Origin: Bacillales bacterium UBA5603
Lineage (GTDB): Bacteria > Bacillota_I > Bacilli_A > Izemoplasmatales > Hujiaoplasmataceae
Reading direction: 5' to 3'
Length of the DNA: 64,000 nt
Assembly (NCBI GenBank): GCA_002424815.1
Contig: DILB01000005.1
Span: 9,748 to 73,747 of the forward strand
Of the stretch, positions 1 to 8,824 are shown piece after piece (the first letter of the stretch is position 1; each line of letters begins with the position of its first letter). A program made the translations under genes and the position numbers. A model generated the notes under the pieces. It made no database searches, was not told the origin of the DNA, and worked only from the letters and a program-made list of their open reading frames with translations.

Positions 1-435
1 ATTAATCAAGAAAATATCGCATTGGTGAAACAAGCATCAACCCTTGGGTTGAGTTTTAATCATTTAGATTCCCTACGAGACACAAATACTTTTAACGCTC
101 ATCGAATTCTTCAATATGCAAAAGTACAAGGACTTGATGACCGATGGATAAAAAGATTAATGAAGGCGCATTTTACCGAAGGCTTATTTATCGGTGATCC
201 AGAAATATTGATATCATTGGCAAAAGAAATAGGGTTAAATCCCAATATGATTAAAACGATTTTATCAAGTTCTCTTTATCAGAAAAATGTTCGAGATGAT
301 CAGTACGAAGCAGTTAACATTGGTATTGAAACCGTTCCTTATTATATCTTCAATAAAGAATTTGTGGCATCAGGGGCATTAACTAAATCTGAATTCACTG
401 ACATTTTAAAACAAGTCTGGCTAAGTGAAGCTTAA
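1..435 (+). CDS. DsbA-family thiol oxidoreductase (FrnE/2-hydroxychromene-2-carboxylate isomerase-like), C-terminal part; 5' end lies outside the window
   Basis: Open frame runs from position 1 with no stop. The C-terminal sequence is typical of DsbA/FrnE-like proteins. A hairpin plus T-run follows at 455-494. Confidence 0.6.
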   Translation: MNQENIALVKQASTLGLSFNHLDSLRDTNTFNAHRILQYAKVQGLDDRWIKRLMKAHFTEGLFIGDPEILISLAKEIGLNPNMIKTILSSSLYQKNVRDDQYEAVNIGIETVPYYIFNKEFVASGALTKSEFTDILKQVWLSEA

Positions 436-454
436 ACCCTTTAATCAGTCGAAT

Positions 455-494
455 AAGACTGAATCGAATGGCATCTCGATTCAAGTCTTTTTTA
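455..494 (+). terminator. Rho-independent terminator
   Basis: AAGACTGAATCGA-loop-TCGATTCAAGTCTT followed by T6. Confidence 0.75.
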
Positions 495-582
495 TTTATT
501 TTCGTATATTTCAATGCATTTCTTTGAATTTTTTGGTATAATTTCAAACATCTTATGATTCATTCTATCTTGGGAGGGTTAT

Positions 583-1062
583 ATGAAACCGATGCGAAGA
601 AGTGAACTTAAATTATCCACAGATCAAGCTTTAAGCATTTTAAAACATAATAGTCACGGTGTTTTATCCTTAGTTTTGCCAGACGGCACGCCTTATGGTG
701 TCCCATTGAATTATGGATATTTTGACCATAAGATAATTATGCATGCTGCTTTAACCGGCCTTAAATTAGATGCAATTTCTGTTCATCCTCATGCTTGTTT
801 TACAGTCATTCACAAAGCGGAAGTCGATATTGCTCATCTTTCAACTTTATATGCAAGTGTCATAGCTTTTGGGAAAGTAGAATTAATCACAGAACCGATA
901 AAAAAACATCATCTTCTGACTCAAATGTTAAATCACTATGGTGTTTCAGAATCCATGGCAGCACATGCATTGAAAGTTGATGCTCCTCAAACCGTCGTTT
1001 TATTATTGACCATTGATGAATTAACTGCCAAAGGTTATTCGCAAGCTTTAGAAGATATTTAA
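583..1062 (+). CDS. Pyridoxamine 5'-phosphate oxidase-like FMN-binding split-barrel protein (NimA/general-stress-26 type)
   Basis: 159 aa. N-terminal 'lsilkhnshgvlslv...G.PYGVPLNY' matches the PNPOx-like fold. RBS GGGAGGG lies upstream. Confidence 0.6.
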   Translation: MKPMRRSELKLSTDQALSILKHNSHGVLSLVLPDGTPYGVPLNYGYFDHKIIMHAALTGLKLDAISVHPHACFTVIHKAEVDIAHLSTLYASVIAFGKVELITEPIKKHHLLTQMLNHYGVSESMAAHALKVDAPQTVVLLLTIDELTAKGYSQALEDI

Positions 1063-1098
1063 ACTTAGGTTTTAAAATATTACTATCACCTCACTCAT

Positions 1099-1127
1099 AA
1101 TCAGAAGTTCATTCTGATTTTTTTATT
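1099..1127 (+). terminator. Rho-independent terminator
   Basis: AATCAGAA-GTTCA-TTCTGATT followed by T-run. Confidence 0.6.
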
Positions 1128-1206
1128 TTTGGATTTTAAAGCTTCTTTAAGATGAACAATAATGGATATGATATAATAAGTTTGACGAATAATTGGAGGT
1201 CAAATC

Positions 1207-2106
1207 ATGAAAATAGGTTTAATCGGACTAGGTAAAATGGGATATAATCTCGCCCTTAACATGAAAGACAAAGAAATCGATGTGATAGCTTATGATGTTT
1301 CAGTTAATGCCGTCAATCAAATCCATGCTTTAGGAGTCGATGTCGCAACTTCATATGAATCGCTTGTAATGCAATTGCCACTACCAAGAATTATTTGGTT
1401 GATGGTTCCTTCTGGAACGATTGTCCAGACCGTTATTGATACTTTAACCCCTTTGCTTTCAAAAGGAGATATCATCATCGATGGAGGCAATTCAAGATAT
1501 TTGGATACAAAGCGTCGATATAACGAATTACAGCAGAAAAACATTCATTTGATTGATTGTGGAACATCAGGTGGTATGGCCGGTGCTCGGAACGGGGCTT
1601 GTTTAATGGTGGGCGGTGAAGAAAAAATCGTGAAATCCATTGAAAATTTATTTGTTAAAATTGCAGTAAAAGATGGCTATGCCTACATGGGGAATCCGGG
1701 AAGTGGACACTTTGTAAAAATGGTTCATAATGGAATTGAATATGGAATGATGCAGGCCATTGGCGAAGGGTTTGATTTGTTACAAGCCAGTCAATATGAA
1801 CTAGATTACCAAAAAGTTGCACAAGTATGGGCTCATGGTTCAATCATTGAAGGCGCCCTTATGAATTACATCAAAGATGCTTTTTCAAAGGATGCGACGC
1901 TTGAATCCATCGAGGGAAAAATCGATGACTCTGGCGAAGGACAATGGATGATCGAAGAAGCCTTACAGTCAAAAGTCGCTCTACCTGTGATCACTCATTC
2001 ACTCTTTGCGCGTTATAAATCGAAAGATTTTCTAAAATTTTCCGAAAAAGTTGTTGCGGCAATGCGCAACGAATTCGGCGGACATGCGGTGTATCCTAAA
2101 AAATGA
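1207..2106 (+). CDS. gnd: 6-phosphogluconate dehydrogenase (decarboxylating), short ~300-aa YqeC/GntZ-like form
   Basis: N-terminal Rossmann motif 'MKIGLIGLGKMG', then 'DGGNS' and 'HFVKMVHNGIEYGMMQAIGEG' (6PGDH signatures). RBS GGAGG upstream. Its stop overlaps the zwf start. Confidence 0.8.
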   Translation: MKIGLIGLGKMGYNLALNMKDKEIDVIAYDVSVNAVNQIHALGVDVATSYESLVMQLPLPRIIWLMVPSGTIVQTVIDTLTPLLSKGDIIIDGGNSRYLDTKRRYNELQQKNIHLIDCGTSGGMAGARNGACLMVGGEEKIVKSIENLFVKIAVKDGYAYMGNPGSGHFVKMVHNGIEYGMMQAIGEGFDLLQASQYELDYQKVAQVWAHGSIIEGALMNYIKDAFSKDATLESIEGKIDDSGEGQWMIEEALQSKVALPVITHSLFARYKSKDFLKFSEKVVAAMRNEFGGHAVYPKK

Positions 2107-3464
2107 AAACTTATCTAGCTGTTTTCGGTGCGACCGGAAATCTCATGTATAAAAAACTTTTGCCTGCCATTGCAGCTTTACAGGCTAAAAATCTCCTTCC
2201 AAAAGATACCACCGTCCTTTGTATTGGCCGTGCCAATCACTCAATTGATAGTTACCTATCTGTGGCGAAAGAACAAATTAAAGAAAAGATTAATTGGGAA
2301 TTATTTACACCTTTACTTGAATATTTTCAGATGGAGCTTCAAGACATTCAAGGCTATCAAAGACTGTTTCAAAAAATGTATCAAGAAGGTCCTTCTATTC
2401 GATTATTTTATTTAGCAGTCGCTCCCGACTTATTTCCCATGATCGCAAAAGGAATTAACGAAGCGAATTTGATTGCGAAAAACGACCCGACGGGACGCAT
2501 TGTTTTTGAGAAACCATTTGGCGAAGATTTAAAATCTGCTCAGGCAATCAATTCAATGTTATGGAATTATTTCGATGAATCACAAATTTATCGTGTTGAT
2601 CATTATTTAGGCAAAGAAATGATACAAAATATTTTAGTTGTTCGCTTTGCAAATCAATTATTTGAAAACAGCTGGAATCATCACTCAATTGAAAGAGTCA
2701 TCATCATTGCCAAAGAAACAGAAGGAATTATGAACCGCGGAAATTATTATGACCATGTAGGGGCCTTAAAAGACATGGTTCAAAGTCATTTAATGCAAAT
2801 GGCAGCCTTAATCGCAATGGAAATTCCAGAATCTTTTGATGTTGATGGTATTCGGGCAGAAAAAGTCAAAGTGCTCAAGAAGATTAACATTGCTAAAGAT
2901 GATGTGTTGACCGGACAGTACCTTGGTTATTTGAATGAAAATAATATATTAAAAGATTCGCAAACGGAAACTTTTGTGTTTCTAAAAGCCATGATTGACA
3001 CCCCGCGATGGAAAGACGTCCCTTTCTATTTCATAACCGGTAAAAAACTGGATGAGAAACGATCAGAAATTATCCTCGATTTTAAACAAAATTCCCAACA
3101 AAATAATCTTTGGCCCAATCGCAAGATTGAAAAAAATCGACTTGTCATTCGTGTTGCACCCGGTGAGGGAGTGACGTTTCGGCTCAATACAAAAGAACAT
3201 GGGTTGTCAACGAATATTCGACCGATGGAAATGGATTATTGCCATGATTGTGAATTTGTTGGAAACAAACCTGAGGCCTATGAACGATTATTACTTGATT
3301 TAATTTCTGGGAATTCAACGTTGTTTACTAGATGGGATGAAATTGAAACATCATGGAAAAATATTGATAATATCTATCAGTTCATTCCAAAACCAATTGT
3401 TTATACGAACTTTAAAGATTTAAAACAGGCGATTAAAAGTCAATTTGGGGAGGTATTAGAATGA
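2103..3464 (+). CDS. zwf: Glucose-6-phosphate 1-dehydrogenase
   Basis: 'FGATGNL' NADP-binding motif, 'RVDHYLGKE' G6PD active-site signature and 'EKPFG'. Translationally coupled to neighbouring genes by ATGA overlaps. Confidence 0.92.
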   Translation: MKTYLAVFGATGNLMYKKLLPAIAALQAKNLLPKDTTVLCIGRANHSIDSYLSVAKEQIKEKINWELFTPLLEYFQMELQDIQGYQRLFQKMYQEGPSIRLFYLAVAPDLFPMIAKGINEANLIAKNDPTGRIVFEKPFGEDLKSAQAINSMLWNYFDESQIYRVDHYLGKEMIQNILVVRFANQLFENSWNHHSIERVIIIAKETEGIMNRGNYYDHVGALKDMVQSHLMQMAALIAMEIPESFDVDGIRAEKVKVLKKINIAKDDVLTGQYLGYLNENNILKDSQTETFVFLKAMIDTPRWKDVPFYFITGKKLDEKRSEIILDFKQNSQQNNLWPNRKIEKNRLVIRVAPGEGVTFRLNTKEHGLSTNIRPMEMDYCHDCEFVGNKPEAYERLLLDLISGNSTLFTRWDEIETSWKNIDNIYQFIPKPIVYTNFKDLKQAIKSQFGEVLE

Positions 3465-4081
3465 TTATCCGCGATATCTCAATGACGATTCATCCCCATA
3501 TGACAGTCTATAAAAACAAAGAGAACAAGCAACCTCTCTTTCTAAAAAGTGCTGATTTTGAGACGCATGGGGTTTATGAAACCGACATCACAATGAATTT
3601 ACATACGGGAACTCATATTGATTTTCCTTTGCACACTTTGAAAGAAGGACACAATTCTGATGGACACCCGCTTTCTACTTTTATTGGAACGGCAAAAGTT
3701 TTCGATTTATCGCAAATAGACGAATGTATCTCAAAAGCAGATATCGAACAATTGAATATTCAAAAAGACGATTTTATTCTCTTTAAAACACGAAATAGTT
3801 TTCGTGATGATTTTGATTTTAATTTTGTTTATTTGGATGAGAGTGCCGCACAGTATTTAGCAAACAAAAAAATCAGAGGCGTGGGTATCGATTCGTTAGG
3901 CATTGAAAGAAATCAACCAAACCATCCAACCCATGATACGCTTTTGGGTGCAGCGATTATCATTCTTGAAGGCCTGCGTTTAAAGGATATCTCAGAAAAT
4001 AATTATGAATTCATTTGTCTTCCTTTAAAAATCGCCCATGTTGAAGCGCTTCCGGTTCGTGCCATTTTAATCGAAAAATAG
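3461..4081 (+). CDS. Cyclase-family protein (kynurenine formamidase/KynB-like metal-dependent hydrolase)
   Basis: 'HTGTHIDFPLH' matches the HxGTHxDxPxH cyclase/arylformamidase motif. 206 aa. Confidence 0.7.
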   Translation: MIIRDISMTIHPHMTVYKNKENKQPLFLKSADFETHGVYETDITMNLHTGTHIDFPLHTLKEGHNSDGHPLSTFIGTAKVFDLSQIDECISKADIEQLNIQKDDFILFKTRNSFRDDFDFNFVYLDESAAQYLANKKIRGVGIDSLGIERNQPNHPTHDTLLGAAIIILEGLRLKDISENNYEFICLPLKIAHVEALPVRAILIEK

Positions 4082-4197
4082 TCTTAATAATTTAGTTTGT
4101 TCAAATTCAGAGAAGATATTGTATTCAATGAATCGGTGCGTTATAATGACTATGCAATTTAGTTTTTAAGGCATTCTCATGAGAGGAGACAATTCCA

Positions 4198-4527
4198 ATG
4201 TTACACTATGCATGTGAGTGGAAAGACTTGCAAGACCGGATTAAAATGAGAGTGATGATTGGAAAATTTCCGATTTTATTAGCATCGGTTCAAGGTCGAC
4301 CTTATGCAGTTATCGACAAATGTCCGCATATGGGTTTTTCAATTTCAAATGGAAAATTTGATTCGGGCATTATTCAATGTAAAGAACACGGCCTGCAAAT
4401 AAACGTCACCAACGGACAAGTAGTAGATACGCCAAAAGCTAATTTTTTAAAGATTAGCCCACTTGATCGCCTTATAAGAACTTTTGAATGTGTTATTGAA
4501 AATGAAAAGGTTTATATTGAAATGTAG
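4198..4527 (+). CDS. Small Rieske [2Fe-2S] domain protein
   Basis: 'CPH'...16 residues...'CKEH' matches the CxH-X15-17-CxxH Rieske ligand spacing. 109 aa. Upstream -10 TTATAAT and RBS GAGAGGAG. Confidence 0.6.
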   Translation: MLHYACEWKDLQDRIKMRVMIGKFPILLASVQGRPYAVIDKCPHMGFSISNGKFDSGIIQCKEHGLQINVTNGQVVDTPKANFLKISPLDRLIRTFECVIENEKVYIEM

Positions 4528-4692
4528 TTTTTATACCATAATTACGAATGATTACACTTTTTGTGTGATCATTTTTCATTCTTAAAGCAAAATCATTGCA
4601 TTCAAGTATCATAACTGGTAAATTTAAGTTAAGCATTCCAATGATTTTAGATGGTTCTTAATGAGAAAGAATCGCCTGAAAGGAGTTTGCCT

Positions 4693-6204
4693 ATGAAAAA
4701 AATGATTATCATTTTATTTTCTTTTATGATAATGGGTTCATTCGCATTTTATTCGGTACGAAATGTTGAAAGTGAATCCACTATTTTACCGCTGAATACA
4801 ACCATGACCACCATCATTTTTGTGAGTAATGGCGGCACGGCCGTTTCACCCTTTTCGGGTCTAACAGGGTCGAATATAACTGAACCAGCTACACCGCAAA
4901 GAAATGGGTATGCTTTTGCTGGATGGTATCTGGATGATGGAACTTTTCTTAATCGTTTTACTTTTTCTGTAATGCCTTCTGAAAATATCACCTTATATGC
5001 TAAATGGATTGAACTTGAGCCTGTTTTAAATTTTGATTCTTTGGTAAGTCAGTTACCCGAGGTCGTGACCATTTCACATCGCATCGCGATTGAAACCGCC
5101 CAAGAGGCGTACGATTCTTTATCGGCAGACCAAAAAGCATTATCAAATAATTATCAAATTTTTCTAATAAAAGAAAAAGCTTTAGAAGAATTAGAAAAAC
5201 AAGTGGCGAAAGTCATTCAAATGATTGATAATCTTTCTTGTCCCATTTCTTATAATGATAAAGATGATGTATTAATCACAAGGGCTGCTTATGAGGCCTT
5301 GGCGGATGACCAAAAAGTATTGGTCACAAATTATGTTTCGCTTTGGGACGCCGAACGAAGAGTGTTAGCCCTTGAAGCTGAAGCTCAGTTGGTAGTTGAT
5401 ATGATTGAAGCCTTACCAACAGATATTAGTTTATCGCATTCAAGTGCAGTTTCTCAAGCCCGGACCGCTTTTGACGCACTCAGCATTTGTCAACAATCTT
5501 TTGTTCATAATTACCCAAAATTAGCAAGTGCAGAAGATGCGATTCGTGAATTAAAAAAAGTCGTCGATGTGGCGAATTTAATTGCGCTCATTGATAGTTT
5601 ACCATCTGATATCACGTATGATGAAGTGTCAATCATTCGTGAAGCCAGACAGAAATATGGATTCATGAGTTCTGATCAACGCAGTCAAATTGTCAACTAT
5701 GCAGTCTTAGTGTCGGCAGAAAGAGTGATCTCTGATATTGAAACAGCAATGGCTTTTGAAGCAATGGTCTTAGGTTTTGATGAAATTATCGAACTAAACG
5801 ATCAAAATCAAATTGAAGCGGCTCGAATCGCATATTTAATTATGAATCAAAATCAAAAAGCATATGTTTCACCCCAATCCGTTATCGCACTTGAAATAGC
5901 AATAGCGAAAATCGATGAACTTCTCCTTATCAATCACGTGATTCAGTTGATAGGATCAATCGAATATGTGGAAGAAATCCCTTCACAATCACAAGTGATC
6001 ATCGCAAGAGAAGCTTACGATGCCCTTTCTGAAGACCAACAAATGCAAGTCACAAATTATGAAGAATTGCTCAATGCAGAGACGCTATTAGACAATCTTC
6101 AAACTTTTAATCCTTATTGGTTCTCCATATTGCTGGTGATTCCCACTGCATTCATTGGATACCTGATGCGCTTTAAAATCATCGGTTTATTTAAACGTCC
6201 ATAA
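4693..6204 (+). CDS. Cell-surface protein: signal peptide, Listeria-Bacteroides (InlB B-type) repeat, six ~60-aa alpha-helical repeats, C-terminal transmembrane anchor
   Basis: Start at the second ATG (4693), which has RBS AAAGGAG; the 4651 ATG lacks one. An 'NGYAFAGWYLDDGT' Flg_new/InlB-B repeat is present. Helical repeats follow the pattern 'A[RQ]xAYDALSxDQKxxVxNY...LxxAE'. C-terminal 'ILLVIPTAFIGYLMRFKIIGLFKRP'. Confidence 0.7.
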   Translation: MKKMIIILFSFMIMGSFAFYSVRNVESESTILPLNTTMTTIIFVSNGGTAVSPFSGLTGSNITEPATPQRNGYAFAGWYLDDGTFLNRFTFSVMPSENITLYAKWIELEPVLNFDSLVSQLPEVVTISHRIAIETAQEAYDSLSADQKALSNNYQIFLIKEKALEELEKQVAKVIQMIDNLSCPISYNDKDDVLITRAAYEALADDQKVLVTNYVSLWDAERRVLALEAEAQLVVDMIEALPTDISLSHSSAVSQARTAFDALSICQQSFVHNYPKLASAEDAIRELKKVVDVANLIALIDSLPSDITYDEVSIIREARQKYGFMSSDQRSQIVNYAVLVSAERVISDIETAMAFEAMVLGFDEIIELNDQNQIEAARIAYLIMNQNQKAYVSPQSVIALEIAIAKIDELLLINHVIQLIGSIEYVEEIPSQSQVIIAREAYDALSEDQQMQVTNYEELLNAETLLDNLQTFNPYWFSILLVIPTAFIGYLMRFKIIGLFKRP

Positions 6205-6222
6205 CTCATTTCGAGATTTAAA

Positions 6223-6255
6223 AGTTTCCCAACCAATTGGATGGGAAACTTTTTT
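6223..6255. terminator. Bidirectional rho-independent terminator between convergent genes
   Basis: AGTTTCCCA-loop-TGGGAAACT hairpin followed by T5. A weaker hairpin and A-run for the minus-strand gene lie at about 6300-6335. Confidence 0.6.
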
Positions 6256-6339
6256 AATGCATCTTTTAAAAAACATTTGTCGTATCATATGAATAAAAAA
6301 AAGCGATGAATCTCTGATGCAATTCTCGCTTCGTATCGT

Positions 6340-7281
6340 TTAAGGTTTTTCGTGAGGGTGAGCATTGAAATAGGAGCGTCTCGCCATGGCAGCTGCGGCA
6401 AAAGCAGGATCAACCAACGGAGCAATAATTTCAATTTTAGAATCTATTTTTCGTATTTTTTCATAGAGACATTTTTTAAAATATCCTTCTGAATTTCCTA
6501 AACTCCCGACAACAACTAAAGTTTTCTTTTGTAATCTGAGTTTTTTTATTAAGCCCGAAACAGCGAGTGCCAATTCTTGTGTTGCGGATTCGACAATGTT
6601 TTTCGCGTATTGATTACCTTTATCGGCGAATTCAGTGACAATGGGTGAAAGTTTGGCAATTTTGGTTCGTTGATTAAAGTATCGATCCATCACTGACATG
6701 ATGTCCGTTGCTTCTCGCATACCGATTTCTTTTGCAATAGTTGCGGAAAATTCATCGCGTTCATAGCGACCATCATATGCACGAATGACGTGCCTAATCG
6801 CTTGAATACCTAAATCATATCCTGATCCTGCATCCCCTTCTTTGTAGCCCCACCCACCGCATTTATGCTTATTTCCATAGACGTCTTTACCAAATGCAAC
6901 CATGCCGGTTCCACAAATAAGGGTCATGCCTTCTTCATAACATAAACCGCTCAATAGAGCGTTTTCCATATCATTTTTTGCAACAATCATTGTGTCTTCT
7001 CGAACGCCCTTAAGATTCTTCAAAAGCAATTCGACGGCTTGAGAATCTTTATCAAAAACGATACCACCTAAACCTGCAAAAACGCCATCAAAAGTTGCTT
7101 TTGGACGGCGATTAAAAAAGACAGTGAGGGCATTTTGAATGTTTTCGAGTGTGGTTTGCGAACTAACCGTGTCTATCGAGGAAGGACCACCACTGCCTAC
7201 AAAGAGAAATTCTTCATTTTGATTGACGACAGTGACTTTTGTTTTGGTTCCACCGCCATCGATTCCTAAAAATAATTTCAT
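6340..7281 (-). CDS. BadF/BadG/BcrA/BcrD-type ATPase, N-acetylglucosamine kinase-like
   Basis: 'LFLGIDGGGTKTK' ASKHA phosphate-1 motif. Start taken at the internal ATG (7281) with RBS AAGGAGA. Own promoter (TATAAT/TATACT) lies between it and the upstream hairpin. Confidence 0.7.
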   Translation of the reverse strand: MKLFLGIDGGGTKTKVTVVNQNEEFLFVGSGGPSSIDTVSSQTTLENIQNALTVFFNRRPKATFDGVFAGLGGIVFDKDSQAVELLLKNLKGVREDTMIVAKNDMENALLSGLCYEEGMTLICGTGMVAFGKDVYGNKHKCGGWGYKEGDAGSGYDLGIQAIRHVIRAYDGRYERDEFSATIAKEIGMREATDIMSVMDRYFNQRTKIAKLSPIVTEFADKGNQYAKNIVESATQELALAVSGLIKKLRLQKKTLVVVGSLGNSEGYFKKCLYEKIRKIDSKIEIIAPLVDPAFAAAAMARRSYFNAHPHEKP

Positions 7282-7368
7282 GCGTTGTCTCCTTGTAATG
7301 ACGCGATTTTTCGGGATGAACCCGATACTTTTATTATACTTCAAAAAGATGAATTTCAGAAGTATAAT

Positions 7369-7395
7369 TTAATAAAAAAAACGATAAAAATCGTT
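7369..7395 (-). terminator. Weak AU-rich hairpin with T-run between the SGNH and kinase genes (possible operon terminator or attenuator)
   Basis: AAAACGAT-AAAA-ATCGTTTT is a perfect 8-bp stem flanked by A/T runs on both strands. Only 2 GC pairs. Confidence 0.35.
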
Positions 7396-7409
7396 TTTTT
7401 AAACTATGT

Positions 7410-8129
7410 TTATTTGAGAAAAGGCAAGAGTTTAGTCACAATGAGTTCGTAACCTAGTGCATTAATATGTAAACCTTCAACAGTATATTCTTTTTTCAAA
7501 TTCCCAAGCGAATCAGAAAAGTCATGGTCAAGATCAATGAAATCAATCTGGGGTATATTTTTTAATAGTTGATTGACTTTTCGAATATCTTCATTGTTTC
7601 TTGTGCTGACGCTAAAGGGATCCAAAGTGGTATTAACAGGATAAATTCCCTCAAGAATAATGCGTATATTGGGTGATTTTTCATGAATTAATTTGACAAT
7701 ATCGTGAATATTTTGTGCAATTTTTTCTGGCGTCGTTTTTAAAAGCGCTAAGTCATTTGTACCAATCATTAAGACGACTTTTTGTGGTTCAAGGGCAAAG
7801 ATACTTTCTTCTAAACGATTTTTCAAACCTTCGGTTGTATCGCCGCCGATGCCACGATTATATACTGTTAAATCTGGGAAAAAATCATGGATAGGAAAAT
7901 CTTGTGTGATAGAGTCGCCAACAAAAACGATTCCCCCTTTTTTTGCATGGCGATTTTGAATTTGAAATGAAAGCACCTTCAATTCATATCCACTTTTAAG
8001 AAATAAAGCCAGCAGATCATCTGCCCCTTTTTTAATACCTTTTATTTTCCCTTCCTTATAAGCTAAGAAAGTAAATAAAGCAATTATAATAAGGCTTGAA
8101 CATATTATTATGAACCATTCCCAAAACAT
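7410..8129 (-). CDS. SGNH/GDSL-family hydrolase (esterase/deacetylase) with N-terminal membrane anchor
   Basis: 'VFVGDSITQ' block I (GDS), 'GTNDL' block III and a C-terminal DxxH region. RBS GGGAGG. Confidence 0.75.
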   Translation of the reverse strand: MFWEWFIIICSSLIIIALFTFLAYKEGKIKGIKKGADDLLALFLKSGYELKVLSFQIQNRHAKKGGIVFVGDSITQDFPIHDFFPDLTVYNRGIGGDTTEGLKNRLEESIFALEPQKVVLMIGTNDLALLKTTPEKIAQNIHDIVKLIHEKSPNIRIILEGIYPVNTTLDPFSVSTRNNEDIRKVNQLLKNIPQIDFIDLDHDFSDSLGNLKKEYTVEGLHINALGYELIVTKLLPFLK

Positions 8130-8171
8130 GATTGACCTCCCTAAAACATAAAAGTGACTTTGAAGTAAATA

Positions 8172-8792
8172 TTAGATTTGCTCGTTATTTTGCTGATCCT
8201 TAAAGGGTTCAAGGTATGGGTAAAACAGACGATTTAAATGAGCGGCATTGATGACACTCATCAATCCGATTGAAAATAATAAAGTTCCCGTCCACCATTC
8301 AAAAAGAATAAATACCATGACGAGCCCTCCCGCTAATAAAAGCGAGCTAAAGGGATGACTAGCGCCCATGATTGCGGCATTTTTCAACATTTGGATACGA
8401 GACTTGGTTTTAAAGATAGATAACATTGGGAAGAAATACAACAAATAAAGAATGAGAAATATAGCACTGACGATGCCAGAAGCAGCTAACCAAATCATCT
8501 GATGATTCAAACCATAATCAATCACAAAAGCAAACATCAGTCCAAAGACGACACTGATTAACCATACTAGGGTCGAAAACCAGAAACTATCTATAAAAGC
8601 CGTCCAAAAATCTTTCCAAATTCGTGTTGCATCTTGATGTCCCATGATTTTGAAAGTCACCGCAAATAAAGCTTTAAAGGCAGCACCAAATAATATGCCT
8701 GAACTTAAAATGACAGCCAATAAAAAGAGGAAATTGACTGCCACGATATCTGTGGCATCCTTAAAGAAGTCCTTTAACCGATATCGTTCCAT
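8172..8792 (-). CDS. YesL-family (DUF624) integral membrane protein of sugar-utilisation operons
   Basis: About 206 aa with 5-6 TM helices. 'MERYRLKDFFKD...' N-terminus is typical of YesL. ATG at 8792 preceded by AAGGAGAGG. Confidence 0.6.
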   Translation of the reverse strand: MERYRLKDFFKDATDIVAVNFLFLLAVILSSGILFGAAFKALFAVTFKIMGHQDATRIWKDFWTAFIDSFWFSTLVWLISVVFGLMFAFVIDYGLNHQMIWLAASGIVSAIFLILYLLYFFPMLSIFKTKSRIQMLKNAAIMGASHPFSSLLLAGGLVMVFILFEWWTGTLLFSIGLMSVINAAHLNRLFYPYLEPFKDQQNNEQI

Positions 8793-8824
8793 CAATTTCC
8801 TCTCCTTATTAAAGCAAATGAGTA

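Noticed and set aside
795-980. Numerous short ORFs (60-100 aa) nested inside or antisense to longer genes
   Set aside because: Examples are 795-980, 1317-1544, 2128-2415, 4749-4991, 12259-12450, 13811-14068, 19706-19996, 22567-22776, 33262-33552 and 53625-53828. No RBS, no conserved motifs, and all lie within well-supported longer CDSs. They are treated as spurious.
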